Shown: positions 25,573-35,667, counted from the first letter of the stretch. The stretch: DNA of 42,871 nt from an uncultured Candidatus Saccharibacteria bacterium (GCA_964450565.1 CAYVCP010000001.1:15073-57943); one strand, 5' to 3'. The notes: generated by a model not told the origin, from the letters alone. Numbers and translations are program-made.

Positions 25573-26445
25573 ATGAAAGAAACTGATTTTAAGAAAAATA
25601 TTTCTCTGAAAAGTCTAAATACTTTTAGAGTTGGAGGGGATGCTAAATACTTTTTTGAGCCACACACAGAGAAAGATTTGATAGAAAGTATAAAATGGGC
25701 CCAAGAAAATAAGGTTTCTTTTTTTATTTTAGGTGGAGGTAGCAATGTTATTTTTGATAGTAGGGGTTTTAATGGTTTAGTTATAAGGTCAAAGCTAAAT
25801 TCTATTGATATTAGAAAAGATAAAGTACTGTTGGGAAGTTCCGTTAGTGTTGCGACGCTGTTAACAGAATGCCTTAAGCATGGTTTGTCTGGTCTTGAGT
25901 GGGCGAGTGGCATTCCCTCAATGACCATTGGAGGAGCTCTGTATATGAATGCTGGAGCTTTTGGAGCTAATATGGCAGATATTACAGAAAAAGTTAGTGC
26001 TTTGAATACTGATACTTTAGAAAAACAAGATTTTTCTTTTACTGAATGTCAGTTTGGTTACAAAGAAACCGTTTTTAAGACACAAAAGAATTTAATCATT
26101 CTTTCTTGTATATTGAATTTAGAAAAGAAAGACCCTAAAGAAATAAAAAAAGAAATGGACAGAGTTATAGATTATAGGAGAACAAATCATCCCTTGGTCT
26201 TTCCTTCAGCAGGTTCTATTTTTAAAAACCCTTTTAACATATCAGCTGGACAGGCAATTGAGAAAGTGGGCTTAAAAGGTAAGAGAATGGGGGATGCGAA
26301 GGTATCAGAAAAGCATTGTAATTTTATCGTTAATATGGGACAAGCAACGTCAAAAGACATTCTCTCTTTAATTAGTTTGATTAAAAAAGAAGTTAAGCAA
26401 AAGTTAAATATTGAGCTAAAAGAAGAAGTTGAGATTGTAAAATAG
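25573..26445 (+). CDS. murB: UDP-N-acetylenolpyruvoylglucosamine reductase
   Basis: SLNTFRVGGDAKYFFEP, FILGGGSNVIF, GLEWASGIPSMTIGGALYMNAGAFG, PSAGSIFKNP. These are hallmark MurB blocks. Confidence 0.9.
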   Translation: MKETDFKKNISLKSLNTFRVGGDAKYFFEPHTEKDLIESIKWAQENKVSFFILGGGSNVIFDSRGFNGLVIRSKLNSIDIRKDKVLLGSSVSVATLLTECLKHGLSGLEWASGIPSMTIGGALYMNAGAFGANMADITEKVSALNTDTLEKQDFSFTECQFGYKETVFKTQKNLIILSCILNLEKKDPKEIKKEMDRVIDYRRTNHPLVFPSAGSIFKNPFNISAGQAIEKVGLKGKRMGDAKVSEKHCNFIVNMGQATSKDILSLISLIKKEVKQKLNIELKEEVEIVK

Positions 26446-26460
26446 AAAAGTTTTATTATT

Positions 26461-28806
26461 ATGTCAATTTTTAAATTATTCAGAGATCCAAACGAAAAAT
26501 ACTTGAAAGAAGCAAGACAGGTTGTTTTAGAAATAAACGACAAAGAAAAGGAGTTTGAGTCTCTAACAGATGAACAATTAAAAGAAAGATCTTTATTACA
26601 AAAAGAAAAGAAAGATCTAGTAGAGTCTTTTTGTTTAGTCAGAGAGGTTTCAAAAAGAAAATTAAAGCAAAGGCATTATGATGTTCAGTTGATAGGGGGA
26701 ATGGTTTTGAATGATGGGAAAATAGCTGAAATGAAAACAGGTGAAGGAAAAACCTTAACTTCTACCCTAACTGTTTATTTTAATGCATTGTCTCAACAAG
26801 GAGCCCATGTTATTACAGTTAATGATTATTTAGCTAAAAGGGATGCTGTTTGGATGGGTCAAATTTACAATGCCCTTGGCTTAAGTGTTGGTTGTATAGT
26901 TCATGAGAAAGCATATTTATATCAACCAATAGAAGATGAAAAAAAAGATAATCAAAGAGATATTAAGGGAGGTTTTCTTGTTGAAGAAGATTACTTAAAA
27001 GAGGTGTCAAGAAAAGAAGCCTACAATGCTGATATTACTTATGGAACAAACAATGAGTTCGGCTTTGATTACCTAAGAGATAATATGGCATTTTCTTTAG
27101 AAGAGAAGGTACAGCGAGGTTTTCATTTTGCTTTAATAGATGAAATTGATTCAGTTTTAATTGATGAAGCTAGAACGCCCTTAATCATTTCTTCTCCTGA
27201 TTTTGAATCTTCTAAACTTTATAAAAATCTTTCTTCTATTACCTCAAAATTATCTGAAGATGATTACGAGAAAGATGAGAAAATGAAAACAGTTTTTTTA
27301 AAAGATCAAGGTATTAAAAAGGTAGAAAAGATGCTCGGTTTAAACGATATATACCAAGAGAAAGGATTTAAATATCTCCATTATTTAGAGCAATCCTTAA
27401 GAGCTTATGCATTTTTTAAAAAAGATACTCATTATATTATAAAGGGAGGAGAAGTTATTATCATTGATGAGTTTACGGGTAGATTAATGCCAGGTAGAAG
27501 ATATTCTGGAGGATTGCATCAAGCCGTTGAGGCTAAGGAAGGGGTTGAGGTACAGCCAGAGTCAAAAATTTTAGCTACTATCACATTTCAGAATTATTTT
27601 AGGATGTATAATAAACTATCAGGTATGACAGGTACAGCTCTTACTTCAGCTGAAGAATTTGATAAAACTTATAATCTTGATGTTATTTCAATTCCTACCA
27701 ACAAACCACTACAAAGAGATAATCAACAAGATCTTGTTTTTAAATCAGAATTAGGAAAGTTCAGAGCTATAGCTAAAGAGGTAAAAAAAAGACAGGAAAA
27801 AGGACAACCCGTTTTAATAGGTACCAGATCTGTTGATAGAAATGAATACTTAAGTAAATTATTAGATAGAGAGGGGATTAGACACGAAGTTTTAAATGCT
27901 AAAAACCATCAACGAGAAGCAGAGATTATAGCGCAAGCAGGAAAGAAGGGAGCTGTTACTGTTGCTACTAATATGGCTGGGAGAGGTGTAGATATTATTT
28001 TAGGAGGAAATCCTCTAATAGAAGAAGAAGCACAAGAAATCAAGAACTTAGGTGGCCTTCATGTTCTGGGAACAGAAAGACATGACTCAAGAAGAATAGA
28101 TAATCAGCTCAGGGGAAGGTGTGGGAGACAAGGAGATCCTGGTTCTTCCAATTTCTTTATTTCTTTAGAAGACGATCTTTTAAAGATTTTTGGAGGAGAA
28201 AAACTTAAAAACTTACTTAATTTTTTGAAAGTGGAAGAAGATCAACCTATTGAATCTAAAATGATATCTTCTGCCATTGAAAAAGCTCAAACAAAAGTAG
28301 AGGGTCTCCATTTTGATTCTCGAAAACATGTTTTAGAGTATGACGATGTGATATCAAAACAAAGAAATAAGATTTACTCTCAGAGAGATAATGTCCTCAC
28401 TATGAACTTTGATAAACTACAAAATTTTGTAAAAGATATTGTTATAGAAGAAGCAGGGGCTGTTTTTGGAACAGAGGAAATCAAAACTATTCTTCCTTTT
28501 CCTGTTTCCTCAAAAGAAGAGATTGTCAAAGTGATTAATGATTTATTCCATAAAAGAGAAGAAAAAGAAGGAGTAGAGAGCTTTCAGAAACTTTTAAAAT
28601 TCGTTGTCTTGAAAAGCTTAGACTCTTTTTGGACGGAACATCTTGTGAATTTAGAACACTTAAAGGATTCTGTTAGATTAAGAGCATACGGAGGCAAAGA
28701 TCCTTTAGTTGAGTATAAAACTGAAGGACATAAAATGTTCCAGGGTCTTTGGGATTCTATTAACTCACAAATTGCGAGAACTGTCTTTAAAATTTCTTTT
28801 AATTGA
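26461..28806 (+). CDS. secA: preprotein translocase ATPase SecA
   Basis: RHYDVQLIGGMVLNDGKIAEMKTGEGKTL (Walker A), ALIDEIDSVLIDEARTPLIIS (DEAD-like), MAGRGVDIILGGN, GTERHDSRRIDNQLRGRCGRQGDPGSS. Confidence 0.95.
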   Translation: MSIFKLFRDPNEKYLKEARQVVLEINDKEKEFESLTDEQLKERSLLQKEKKDLVESFCLVREVSKRKLKQRHYDVQLIGGMVLNDGKIAEMKTGEGKTLTSTLTVYFNALSQQGAHVITVNDYLAKRDAVWMGQIYNALGLSVGCIVHEKAYLYQPIEDEKKDNQRDIKGGFLVEEDYLKEVSRKEAYNADITYGTNNEFGFDYLRDNMAFSLEEKVQRGFHFALIDEIDSVLIDEARTPLIISSPDFESSKLYKNLSSITSKLSEDDYEKDEKMKTVFLKDQGIKKVEKMLGLNDIYQEKGFKYLHYLEQSLRAYAFFKKDTHYIIKGGEVIIIDEFTGRLMPGRRYSGGLHQAVEAKEGVEVQPESKILATITFQNYFRMYNKLSGMTGTALTSAEEFDKTYNLDVISIPTNKPLQRDNQQDLVFKSELGKFRAIAKEVKKRQEKGQPVLIGTRSVDRNEYLSKLLDREGIRHEVLNAKNHQREAEIIAQAGKKGAVTVATNMAGRGVDIILGGNPLIEEEAQEIKNLGGLHVLGTERHDSRRIDNQLRGRCGRQGDPGSSNFFISLEDDLLKIFGGEKLKNLLNFLKVEEDQPIESKMISSAIEKAQTKVEGLHFDSRKHVLEYDDVISKQRNKIYSQRDNVLTMNFDKLQNFVKDIVIEEAGAVFGTEEIKTILPFPVSSKEEIVKVINDLFHKREEKEGVESFQKLLKFVVLKSLDSFWTEHLVNLEHLKDSVRLRAYGGKDPLVEYKTEGHKMFQGLWDSINSQIARTVFKISFN

Positions 28807-28875
28807 CTATTTTAATTAATGAAGTAATCTCTTAAGGAAAAAAGGTGACTTATATGATGAATTTCTTGAGGCATA

Positions 28876-29799
28876 TTAAGGTTTTACTAAATCATAAAAG
28901 AAACCTTTGAATCCAGCAGTGTTTAACCAATAATTGTTTGGATTCTGTTTTAAATATTTTTGAATTTCTTTTCTTTGTGTCGTTAATTTATCTCCGGATT
29001 TACTATTAGATAAAAGGATGTTTGAATAATTACCATCTAAGAAAGAGACATAAGAAATGTTCAGGGTTTTTTCTTTGAGATTTAATATTTCAATTAATTC
29101 TGAAATTTGCTTATCTTGTCCACCACCAGAAGTATTGAGGTGTTTGGCTTCTATTAAAAATATTTCATTTCTATATTTAACAACTAAATCAAGCATTTTT
29201 CCCTGTTTTTTAGTTTTAATTTTAATATTTAAATTTTCCCTAATCTTTTCTACGCTAAAGACCTTAGAGAACTGAGTAATACATTTATTCAATTTATGAA
29301 AATCTTCCCAATTTTTGATTTCTTTAAATCCTAATTTCTTTAATATAGAAATTAATTTTAATTCTCCACACCTTCCTTTTTTTCGAGATGAGTTGGAATC
29401 TATGATTGCTTGAATCCATTCTTCTGGGACTAAATCGCTTAAAAACCTTTTAGAAAAGTATTTCTGGGTGATTTCCTTTGTTAAATCCAAGCTCTTTTTA
29501 GTTGCATCTAATGTATTGTCACAAGCATTAACAAAACAAGCAAATTCAGAGCAATTAGAAAATTTTGTTAGAGACCCTTGAAGTTCTAAAAAATATTTAT
29601 TGATTATTCTAGGGTCTTCTTTTTTCTTTTGTAGCATTTTAATTGTAGTCAAAATTTCTTTAATTTCTTTTGTGTTTTTAACATATTTTGCTAAATTCAA
29701 ATTCTTTTGATCAAAGATATAAAAATCATCTAAAGAAGGCTCTGGGTTTTCTTGAGATATTTTAAAATAGTGTTGGTTGTTTTGAGTATTCTTTTTCAT
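28876..29799 (-). CDS. type II restriction endonuclease candidate (PD-(D/E)xK-like core)
   Basis: Immediately downstream of, and overlapping, an N6-adenine methyltransferase gene. SSRKKGRCGELKL and LDLVVKYRNEIFLIEAKHLNTSGGGQDK give a D...E-x-K nuclease-like core reminiscent of DpnII-type enzymes. Specificity is unknown. Confidence 0.55.
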   Translation of the reverse strand: MKKNTQNNQHYFKISQENPEPSLDDFYIFDQKNLNLAKYVKNTKEIKEILTTIKMLQKKKEDPRIINKYFLELQGSLTKFSNCSEFACFVNACDNTLDATKKSLDLTKEITQKYFSKRFLSDLVPEEWIQAIIDSNSSRKKGRCGELKLISILKKLGFKEIKNWEDFHKLNKCITQFSKVFSVEKIRENLNIKIKTKKQGKMLDLVVKYRNEIFLIEAKHLNTSGGGQDKQISELIEILNLKEKTLNISYVSFLDGNYSNILLSNSKSGDKLTTQRKEIQKYLKQNPNNYWLNTAGFKGFFYDLVKP

Positions 29800-30901
29800 A
29801 AAGATAGTTTAAGAATTTATATGTGAAATCAAAAGATATTCTTTTACGGCCATTGTCTCTAAAGTTAGTAAGAAAAAAAGAAAAGTATTTTTTTCTATTT
29901 TCATTTAATCTTTTATTAAATTCTTGCATTAGTTTTTCTTGTTCTTCTATGGTAATTTCCTGGCCAAAAATTATATGAGCCATATTTCGGGACGTATTTT
30001 TACCAATAAGTCCTAGGATGTTATATTCCCTTATATCCTCAAGTTGTATCTTTTTTCCGTTTTTACTGTCAATAGCTCTCAATAGTAGAATGTTTCTTTC
30101 TAAACGATTTTTTACATTTTTATGGATGCTATAATCTTTTATTTCTTTTACATTTTGAAATGCCATTTTAGCTTTATAGTTTCCGGATTCCAGAAAATTT
30201 TCAGTTAAACGAAAAATTTCTAAACCATTTTTTGCATTTTTTACTTGATCAATAAAATTTCCACCTAATTGCCAATCAAATCTTTTTTCTATAACAAAAT
30301 TAATTTTTTCTTTTATTGGAAAGATAGTAGCTGAAATTTTACTTTGATCCTTAAAATCATTTTTCTTTTTGTAATAAAAAGAGACTACATTATAGGTTGT
30401 ATCCTTAAAAACTTGTTGAAAAAAAATATTTAATTTCATAATTTTAAATTTCTCAAAAAATAGATTTCTGATTTTTTTTGAGTTTTGCGCACAAAGGAAA
30501 TTTAATGGAATAATTAAAATTCCTTCTTCTGAGTCCAATATCGAGTAAATAGAAATTTGGTATAAATCTTCCAAGGAAGGATGAGTACCAGAAAAGAAAT
30601 TTTCTTTTGTTTTCTTATCGGCTTTATTTTTATGTAAATATGGTGGATTAGTCAAAACAAATTTATATTTTTTAGGATTATTGATTGAGTCGTCAAAGAA
30701 GACATTCTTATCATCAACATAACTTTTGTCATATTCAAAACCAATAATTTTTTTACATTTGTTCTGTTTAGCCCAACTAAATAAATCTTGATTACCTGCA
30801 AACGGATCGATTATTTCTTTATCTTTAACAAATTGCTCTAGCCCTTGAAGAATATATTTGGAGTTTGTAGTAAAAAATTGTCCTAATAGTGCCTTGGTCA
30901 T
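29762..30901 (-). CDS. N6-adenine DNA methyltransferase (gamma-class order: motif X, motif I, NPPY)
   Basis: LGQFFTT (motif X-like), IIDPFAGNQDLF (motif I-like), VLTNPPYL (motif IV NPPY). The 3' end overlaps the nuclease gene start by 38 nt. Confidence 0.75.
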   Translation of the reverse strand: MTKALLGQFFTTNSKYILQGLEQFVKDKEIIDPFAGNQDLFSWAKQNKCKKIIGFEYDKSYVDDKNVFFDDSINNPKKYKFVLTNPPYLHKNKADKKTKENFFSGTHPSLEDLYQISIYSILDSEEGILIIPLNFLCAQNSKKIRNLFFEKFKIMKLNIFFQQVFKDTTYNVVSFYYKKKNDFKDQSKISATIFPIKEKINFVIEKRFDWQLGGNFIDQVKNAKNGLEIFRLTENFLESGNYKAKMAFQNVKEIKDYSIHKNVKNRLERNILLLRAIDSKNGKKIQLEDIREYNILGLIGKNTSRNMAHIIFGQEITIEEQEKLMQEFNKRLNENRKKYFSFFLTNFRDNGRKRISFDFTYKFLNYLYEKEYSKQPTLF

Positions 30902-31048
30902 ATTTACTTACATTATATCATTTTGAAAAGAAAGATACCACAAGGACGATATTTTAATTTTAATTGTTTTATTTTATTACTAGGGTCTTAAGGTATTGTA
31001 AATTTTTTTATGTTGCAAAAGCAACCTTTTTCTGTTATTCTATATCCT

Positions 31049-32425
31049 ATGAAAAAGAAATACACTAACTTAATAATCGTATTACTGATTGTTTTTTTTG
31101 TTTTTAACCTTGTATTTCCTTCTTATATCAATAAAGGGATTGATAAATTAGACTCCATACCCTTGTTGACAAATATCCCTAAGTTTCCAGAGAAAAGTTT
31201 TAAATTGGGACTGGATCTTTTAGGGGGAACTCATTTGGTTTATGAAGCTGACCTTTCTCAAATAGAAGATAAGACAGAGTCAATGCAAGGACTAAGAGAT
31301 GTTATTGAAAGGAGGGTAAACCTTTTCGGTGTTTCAGAACCCATTGTACAAACAAAAGAAGCAGGGGAATCTTATAGACTGATTGTTGATTTACCTGGAG
31401 TAAGAGATGTTGCTGAAGCTATTAATATGATAGGAAAAACTCCTTATTTAGAGTTTAGAAAAGAAAGGCCAGAAGAAGAAACTGAAAAAATTCTTAAGCA
31501 AGCAGAAGAAATTATAGAGAAAGAAGATTTAACTGAAGAGGAAAAGGTAGCAAAGATAAAGTTAGACCTTCAAGATCCTTATTTCGAGCCGACTCAACTT
31601 ACAGGGCGATATATTAAAGAAGCAGTATTGGGTTTTGATCAAAGGACAATGGAAGCTCAGGTTTTATTAGAGTTTGATTCTGACGGAAAAGAACTATTTA
31701 AAAAGCTTACAGAAGAAAATGTTGGTAAAAGATTAGCAATCTATATAGATAACGTTTTGATATCAGCTCCAGTTATTAACGAAGCTATTCCTTCTGGGAG
31801 AGCGCAAATTACAGGTAATTTTCAAGTAGAAGAAGCTAAGGAATTAGTAAGAAATTTAAACGCTGGAGCGTTGCCTGTTCCTATTGAGCTTATTTCTCAA
31901 AACACTATTGGTCCAACCTTAGGAAAAATATCCCTAGAGAAATCATTAAAAGCTGGTATTTTTGGTTTATCAGCTGTTGTTTTGTTTATGATTATTTTTT
32001 ATGGTTTGAATGGTGTTTTTGCTAGTTTATCTTTAGCTGCTTATGCTTTGATTATGCTCTGTTTATTTAAATTTATTCCGGTTACTTTAACACTAGCTGG
32101 AATTGGGGGAGCTATTCTATCCATTGGTATGGCGGTTGATGCTAATATATTAATTTTTGAAAGATTTAAAGAAGAAAAAGAAAAAGAAAATTTCCTTCAA
32201 TCATTAGAGAATGCTTTTAAAAGGGCTTGGCCCTCAATAAGAGATGGGAATATTACTACCTTGATTGTAGCTTTAATTATGTTTACTTTTGGCACAAGCT
32301 TTATTAAGGGGTTTGCCTTTACATTGGGCATTGGAATATTTACATCTATGTTTTGTGCCATGTATGTTTTGAGAAGTTTTTTAAAGGTTTTTGTGGGAAC
32401 GAAATTAGAGAAGTTATTTAAATAA
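31049..32425 (+). CDS. secD: protein-export membrane protein SecD
   Basis: LGLDLLGGTHLVYEAD, LEFR, GALPVPIELISQNTIGPTLG, and the C-terminal 6-TM block GMAVDANILIFERFKEE. Start taken at ATG 31049 (MKKKYTNLIIVLL...), in frame with the 31010 ORF-track start. Confidence 0.9.
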   Translation: MKKKYTNLIIVLLIVFFVFNLVFPSYINKGIDKLDSIPLLTNIPKFPEKSFKLGLDLLGGTHLVYEADLSQIEDKTESMQGLRDVIERRVNLFGVSEPIVQTKEAGESYRLIVDLPGVRDVAEAINMIGKTPYLEFRKERPEEETEKILKQAEEIIEKEDLTEEEKVAKIKLDLQDPYFEPTQLTGRYIKEAVLGFDQRTMEAQVLLEFDSDGKELFKKLTEENVGKRLAIYIDNVLISAPVINEAIPSGRAQITGNFQVEEAKELVRNLNAGALPVPIELISQNTIGPTLGKISLEKSLKAGIFGLSAVVLFMIIFYGLNGVFASLSLAAYALIMLCLFKFIPVTLTLAGIGGAILSIGMAVDANILIFERFKEEKEKENFLQSLENAFKRAWPSIRDGNITTLIVALIMFTFGTSFIKGFAFTLGIGIFTSMFCAMYVLRSFLKVFVGTKLEKLFK

Positions 32426-32428
32426 TCT

Positions 32429-33307
32429 ATGTTTTTAAAGAAAAGAAAAACTTTTTATTTCATTTCTATAGTACTTTCTTTAGCAAGTATATTATCTATT
32501 TTATTCTATGGTTTAAATTTAGGTATTGATTTTACTGGAGGAAGCATTATGGAATTTGAATATAGTAAAGCTCCTTTAGTAGAAGAAGTAAAAAATGTTT
32601 TACCAGAGATTGGAGAGTATACTTTACAGAAAAAAGGAGACAATGGTTTTATTCTAAGGACAGGAGAGATTACAGAGCAAACACATCAAGATATCGTTGT
32701 TGTTTTAAAGTCACTTGGTGAGTTTATAGAAGAAACTGAAAGTTTTCAAAATATTGGTCCTGTTATAGGAAGAGAATTAAAATCAAAAACAAAGATTGTT
32801 ATTATTTTATCTTTGTTGTGTATTCTATTATACATCGCTATTTCTTTTAGAAAGATATCAAGACCTGTAAAATCTTATATCTATGGCATTACTTCTTTAA
32901 TAGCCCTATTCCATGATGTTTTGATCCCTCTGGGTGTTTTTTCTGTTCTAGGGAAGTATTATGGTGTTGAATTAACTATACCTATCATCACAGCTTTTTT
33001 AACTGTCTTTGGGTATTCTATTAATGATTCTGTCGTTGTTTTTGACAGAGTAAGAGAAAATCTATTAAAATTGAAAACAAACGATTTTAATGAAGCTGTT
33101 GAAATAAGTTTAAAACAAAGTATCAGGAGATCTTTAAATACATCATTCACTACCTTAATAGCATTACTATCTATTTTTCTTTTTGGTGGCGAAACCTTAA
33201 AATTCTTTTCTTTTGCTTTGATTCTGGGAATTGGACTGGGAACATACTCTTCTTTATTTTTAGCAACCCCTCTTTTGGTTAGTTATTATAAGTTAAGAAA
33301 TAAATAA
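32429..33307 (+). CDS. secF: protein-export membrane protein SecF
   Basis: LGIDFTGGSIMEF, HDVLIPLGVFSVLG, GYSINDSVVVFDRVREN. Directly follows secD. Confidence 0.9.
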   Translation: MFLKKRKTFYFISIVLSLASILSILFYGLNLGIDFTGGSIMEFEYSKAPLVEEVKNVLPEIGEYTLQKKGDNGFILRTGEITEQTHQDIVVVLKSLGEFIEETESFQNIGPVIGRELKSKTKIVIILSLLCILLYIAISFRKISRPVKSYIYGITSLIALFHDVLIPLGVFSVLGKYYGVELTIPIITAFLTVFGYSINDSVVVFDRVRENLLKLKTNDFNEAVEISLKQSIRRSLNTSFTTLIALLSIFLFGGETLKFFSFALILGIGLGTYSSLFLATPLLVSYYKLRNK

Positions 33308-33324
33308 GTTGTCCACAAGTTCTC

Positions 33325-33353
33325 TTGACATTATGAAGAGGTTATGTTTAAAT
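33325..33353 (+). promoter_or_regulatory. candidate sigma-70-type promoter placed so that transcription would begin at or next to the ATG at 33361
   Basis: TTGACA (33325-33330), a 17-nt spacer, then TTAAAT (33348-33353). Only 7 nt (AAAAAAT) separate the -10 from the start codon, and there is no Shine-Dalgarno sequence. Confidence 0.35.
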
Positions 33354-33360
33354 AAAAAAT

Positions 33361-34338
33361 ATGCAAAAGATTGATTATAAAAAGATTTCACAAAATATTT
33401 TATCAAACCTTTCCAAGAGACAAAAAGAAGTTCTTGAGAGGAGGTTTGGTTTAGATGGATATAAACAAGAAACTCTCCAACAAATTGGTATGGATTTTGG
33501 TGTTACAAGAGAAAGAATAAGACAAATTGAGAGAGAGGCGTTTTTGAAATTAAGAAAAAAAGAGGATAAATTAAGAATTGTATTCAATCATTTTATTGAT
33601 TATTTGAATAAGAATGGTGGACAAAAGAGAGAGGATCTGTTAATTAAAGATTTGGCAGAGGATCAAAAAGCTTATATCTATTTTTTGCTTTGTATAGGCA
33701 GTGTTTTCTTTAGACAAAAAGAGGACAATGATGTTCACTCTTTTTGGTCTAATACCAAAGACGCTAAAGAAAAACTAGACAAAGAAGTTTTTCCTTTAAT
33801 TCAGGAACTTAAGAAAAAGAATAAACCGGTTGAAGAAAAATATGTTTTTCAATTAGTTTCAGCTTCTTCTTTAGAAATTACAAGGCGCATTGAAAAAGGA
33901 CCGTTAGGTAATTTTGGGCTATCTTTCTGGCCTGAAATTAATCCTAAAGGAGTTAGAGATACAGCATATCTTGTATTAAAGAAAACAGAACAACCTATTC
34001 ATTTTAGAGAGATTGCTTCTAGGTCAAACCAACTTTATGCGCAAACTAAAAAAGTATTACCACAAACCGTTCACAATGAATTAATAAGAGATCCTAGGTT
34101 TGTTTTAGTTGGCAGGGGTATTTATGCTTTAAAAGAATGGGGCTATGACTCTGGGACTGTTAAAGATGTTATTTTGAATACTTTGAAGAAATCTAAAAAA
34201 CCATTGTCTAAAAATGAAATTTTAAATGCAGTGAAAAAGCAAAGAATTGTAAAAGACAATACTATCTTTCTTAATCTTTCTGATAAGACTAGTTTTAAAA
34301 GAAACCTAGATGGCAAATACGTTATAAGAATGGCTTGA
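33361..34338 (+). CDS. sigma-70 region-4-like HTH protein with a C-terminal HARE-HTH domain (not a complete sigma factor)
   Basis: LSKRQKEVLERRFGLDGYKQETLQQIGMDFGVTRERIRQIEREAFLKLRK matches sigma-70 region 4. The C-terminal IHFREIASRS...TVHNELIRDPRFVLVGRGIYALKEWGY matches the HARE-HTH pattern. No region 2 was seen. Confidence 0.65.
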   Translation: MQKIDYKKISQNILSNLSKRQKEVLERRFGLDGYKQETLQQIGMDFGVTRERIRQIEREAFLKLRKKEDKLRIVFNHFIDYLNKNGGQKREDLLIKDLAEDQKAYIYFLLCIGSVFFRQKEDNDVHSFWSNTKDAKEKLDKEVFPLIQELKKKNKPVEEKYVFQLVSASSLEITRRIEKGPLGNFGLSFWPEINPKGVRDTAYLVLKKTEQPIHFREIASRSNQLYAQTKKVLPQTVHNELIRDPRFVLVGRGIYALKEWGYDSGTVKDVILNTLKKSKKPLSKNEILNAVKKQRIVKDNTIFLNLSDKTSFKRNLDGKYVIRMA

Positions 34339-34369
34339 TAGCTGGTTCTTTTTGTTATACAATTAAAAA

Positions 34370-35662
34370 ATGAATTATTTAGCAATAATAAAGGAAATAG
34401 CTTTTATTATTTGGCAAACCTTAGAAAATTGGTGGTGGGTACCTTTACCTATCATTCTTTTTTTACTCCTTAAGTATTTTTATATTTGGTTTTTGAATAA
34501 TAAGTATTGGGCAAGGGTCAAATGGATTACACTTGAGATGAAAATACCTCAAGATGTAGATAGACCACTGAAAGCCATGGAGGCTGTGATTGCTAATTTT
34601 TGGACACTATATGATCCCGCTGATTTTAAAGAGATTTGGTGGGAGGGAAAATTTCAAGTTCCTTTTTTCCTTGAAATTGCAGGTATTGACGGTGACGTTC
34701 ATTTTTTCTTAAGAATGCCCTCATCTATGAGAAATGTTTTTGAATCAGGTATTTATTCGCAATATCCAGAAGTAGAAATTATAGAGGTTGAGGATTATGT
34801 TAAAAATGTTCCTCAAGATATTCCTAACGAACAATGGGATATGTGGGGTTGTAATTTTAAATCAACTAGAAGAGGAGATCCAAATTCTGATTGTTATCCT
34901 ATCAAAACTTATTCTAGTTTTTTTGAACCAACCCAAGAGATTGCAGAAGAAAGAAGAGTAGATCCCTTAGCTGTGTTAATTGAAGGAATGTCAAGATTAA
35001 AGCAAGGAGAACAGCTTTGGTTTCAAATGAGGTTAACACCCATTCCTGGAAGGAAATGGGTTGGGAGATGTAAAACTGTTGTTAACGAATTAGCCCAAAG
35101 ACCGAAAGAGAAACAACCCAAATCAATTACAGCTTCAGCTGTTGATTTGTTGGTTCATAATGAAATGCCATTTCAGAAGGTAGTAGAAGAAAGACAAGAT
35201 ACTATTCCACCTGAAATGAGAATGACACCGGGAGAGAGAAGTATTGTTGAATCTATTGAAGAGAAAATGTCCAAACATGGTTTTGAAACTAACATGAGAA
35301 TGATTTATTTAGGAGATAAAAACGTTTTTTTTAAGCCTAATTTAAAACTTATTTTAAATTTCTCTGTTGCTGTATCAACAGAAAATATGAACGGTTTAAT
35401 GCCAGCCCAAACAACCAAGGTAGTTCCTCCAACTATGTTTAGACAGAGAAAGTTATATATGAAAAAAAAGCGGATGTTTAGAAGATATGCAAAAAGATGG
35501 ACTCCTAATTATCCTTGGTCAGGAGGAACTTTTGTTATGAACACAGAAGAAGTAGCTACTTTGTTTCATTTTCCGAGCAAGGCAGGAGCTCCTACCCCTT
35601 CATTTCAACGCATAGAATCGAGGAAGTCAGGACCTCCTTATTCCTTACCCATTGAAGAATAA
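34370..35662 (+). CDS. conserved hypothetical protein with an N-terminal membrane anchor
   Basis: 430-aa ORF with one or two N-terminal hydrophobic segments (WWWVPLPIILFLLLKYFYIWF), then a soluble domain. Separated by 5 nt from the downstream ATPase gene. I recognise no motif. Confidence 0.5.
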   Translation: MNYLAIIKEIAFIIWQTLENWWWVPLPIILFLLLKYFYIWFLNNKYWARVKWITLEMKIPQDVDRPLKAMEAVIANFWTLYDPADFKEIWWEGKFQVPFFLEIAGIDGDVHFFLRMPSSMRNVFESGIYSQYPEVEIIEVEDYVKNVPQDIPNEQWDMWGCNFKSTRRGDPNSDCYPIKTYSSFFEPTQEIAEERRVDPLAVLIEGMSRLKQGEQLWFQMRLTPIPGRKWVGRCKTVVNELAQRPKEKQPKSITASAVDLLVHNEMPFQKVVEERQDTIPPEMRMTPGERSIVESIEEKMSKHGFETNMRMIYLGDKNVFFKPNLKLILNFSVAVSTENMNGLMPAQTTKVVPPTMFRQRKLYMKKKRMFRRYAKRWTPNYPWSGGTFVMNTEEVATLFHFPSKAGAPTPSFQRIESRKSGPPYSLPIEE

Positions 35663-35667
35663 AAAAT

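Noticed and set aside
25536-25928. 130-aa minus-strand ORF
   Set aside because: It lies antisense to the well-supported murB 5' region and the structured intergenic element. It has no recognisable motifs and its composition is typical of an antisense artefact in AT-rich DNA.
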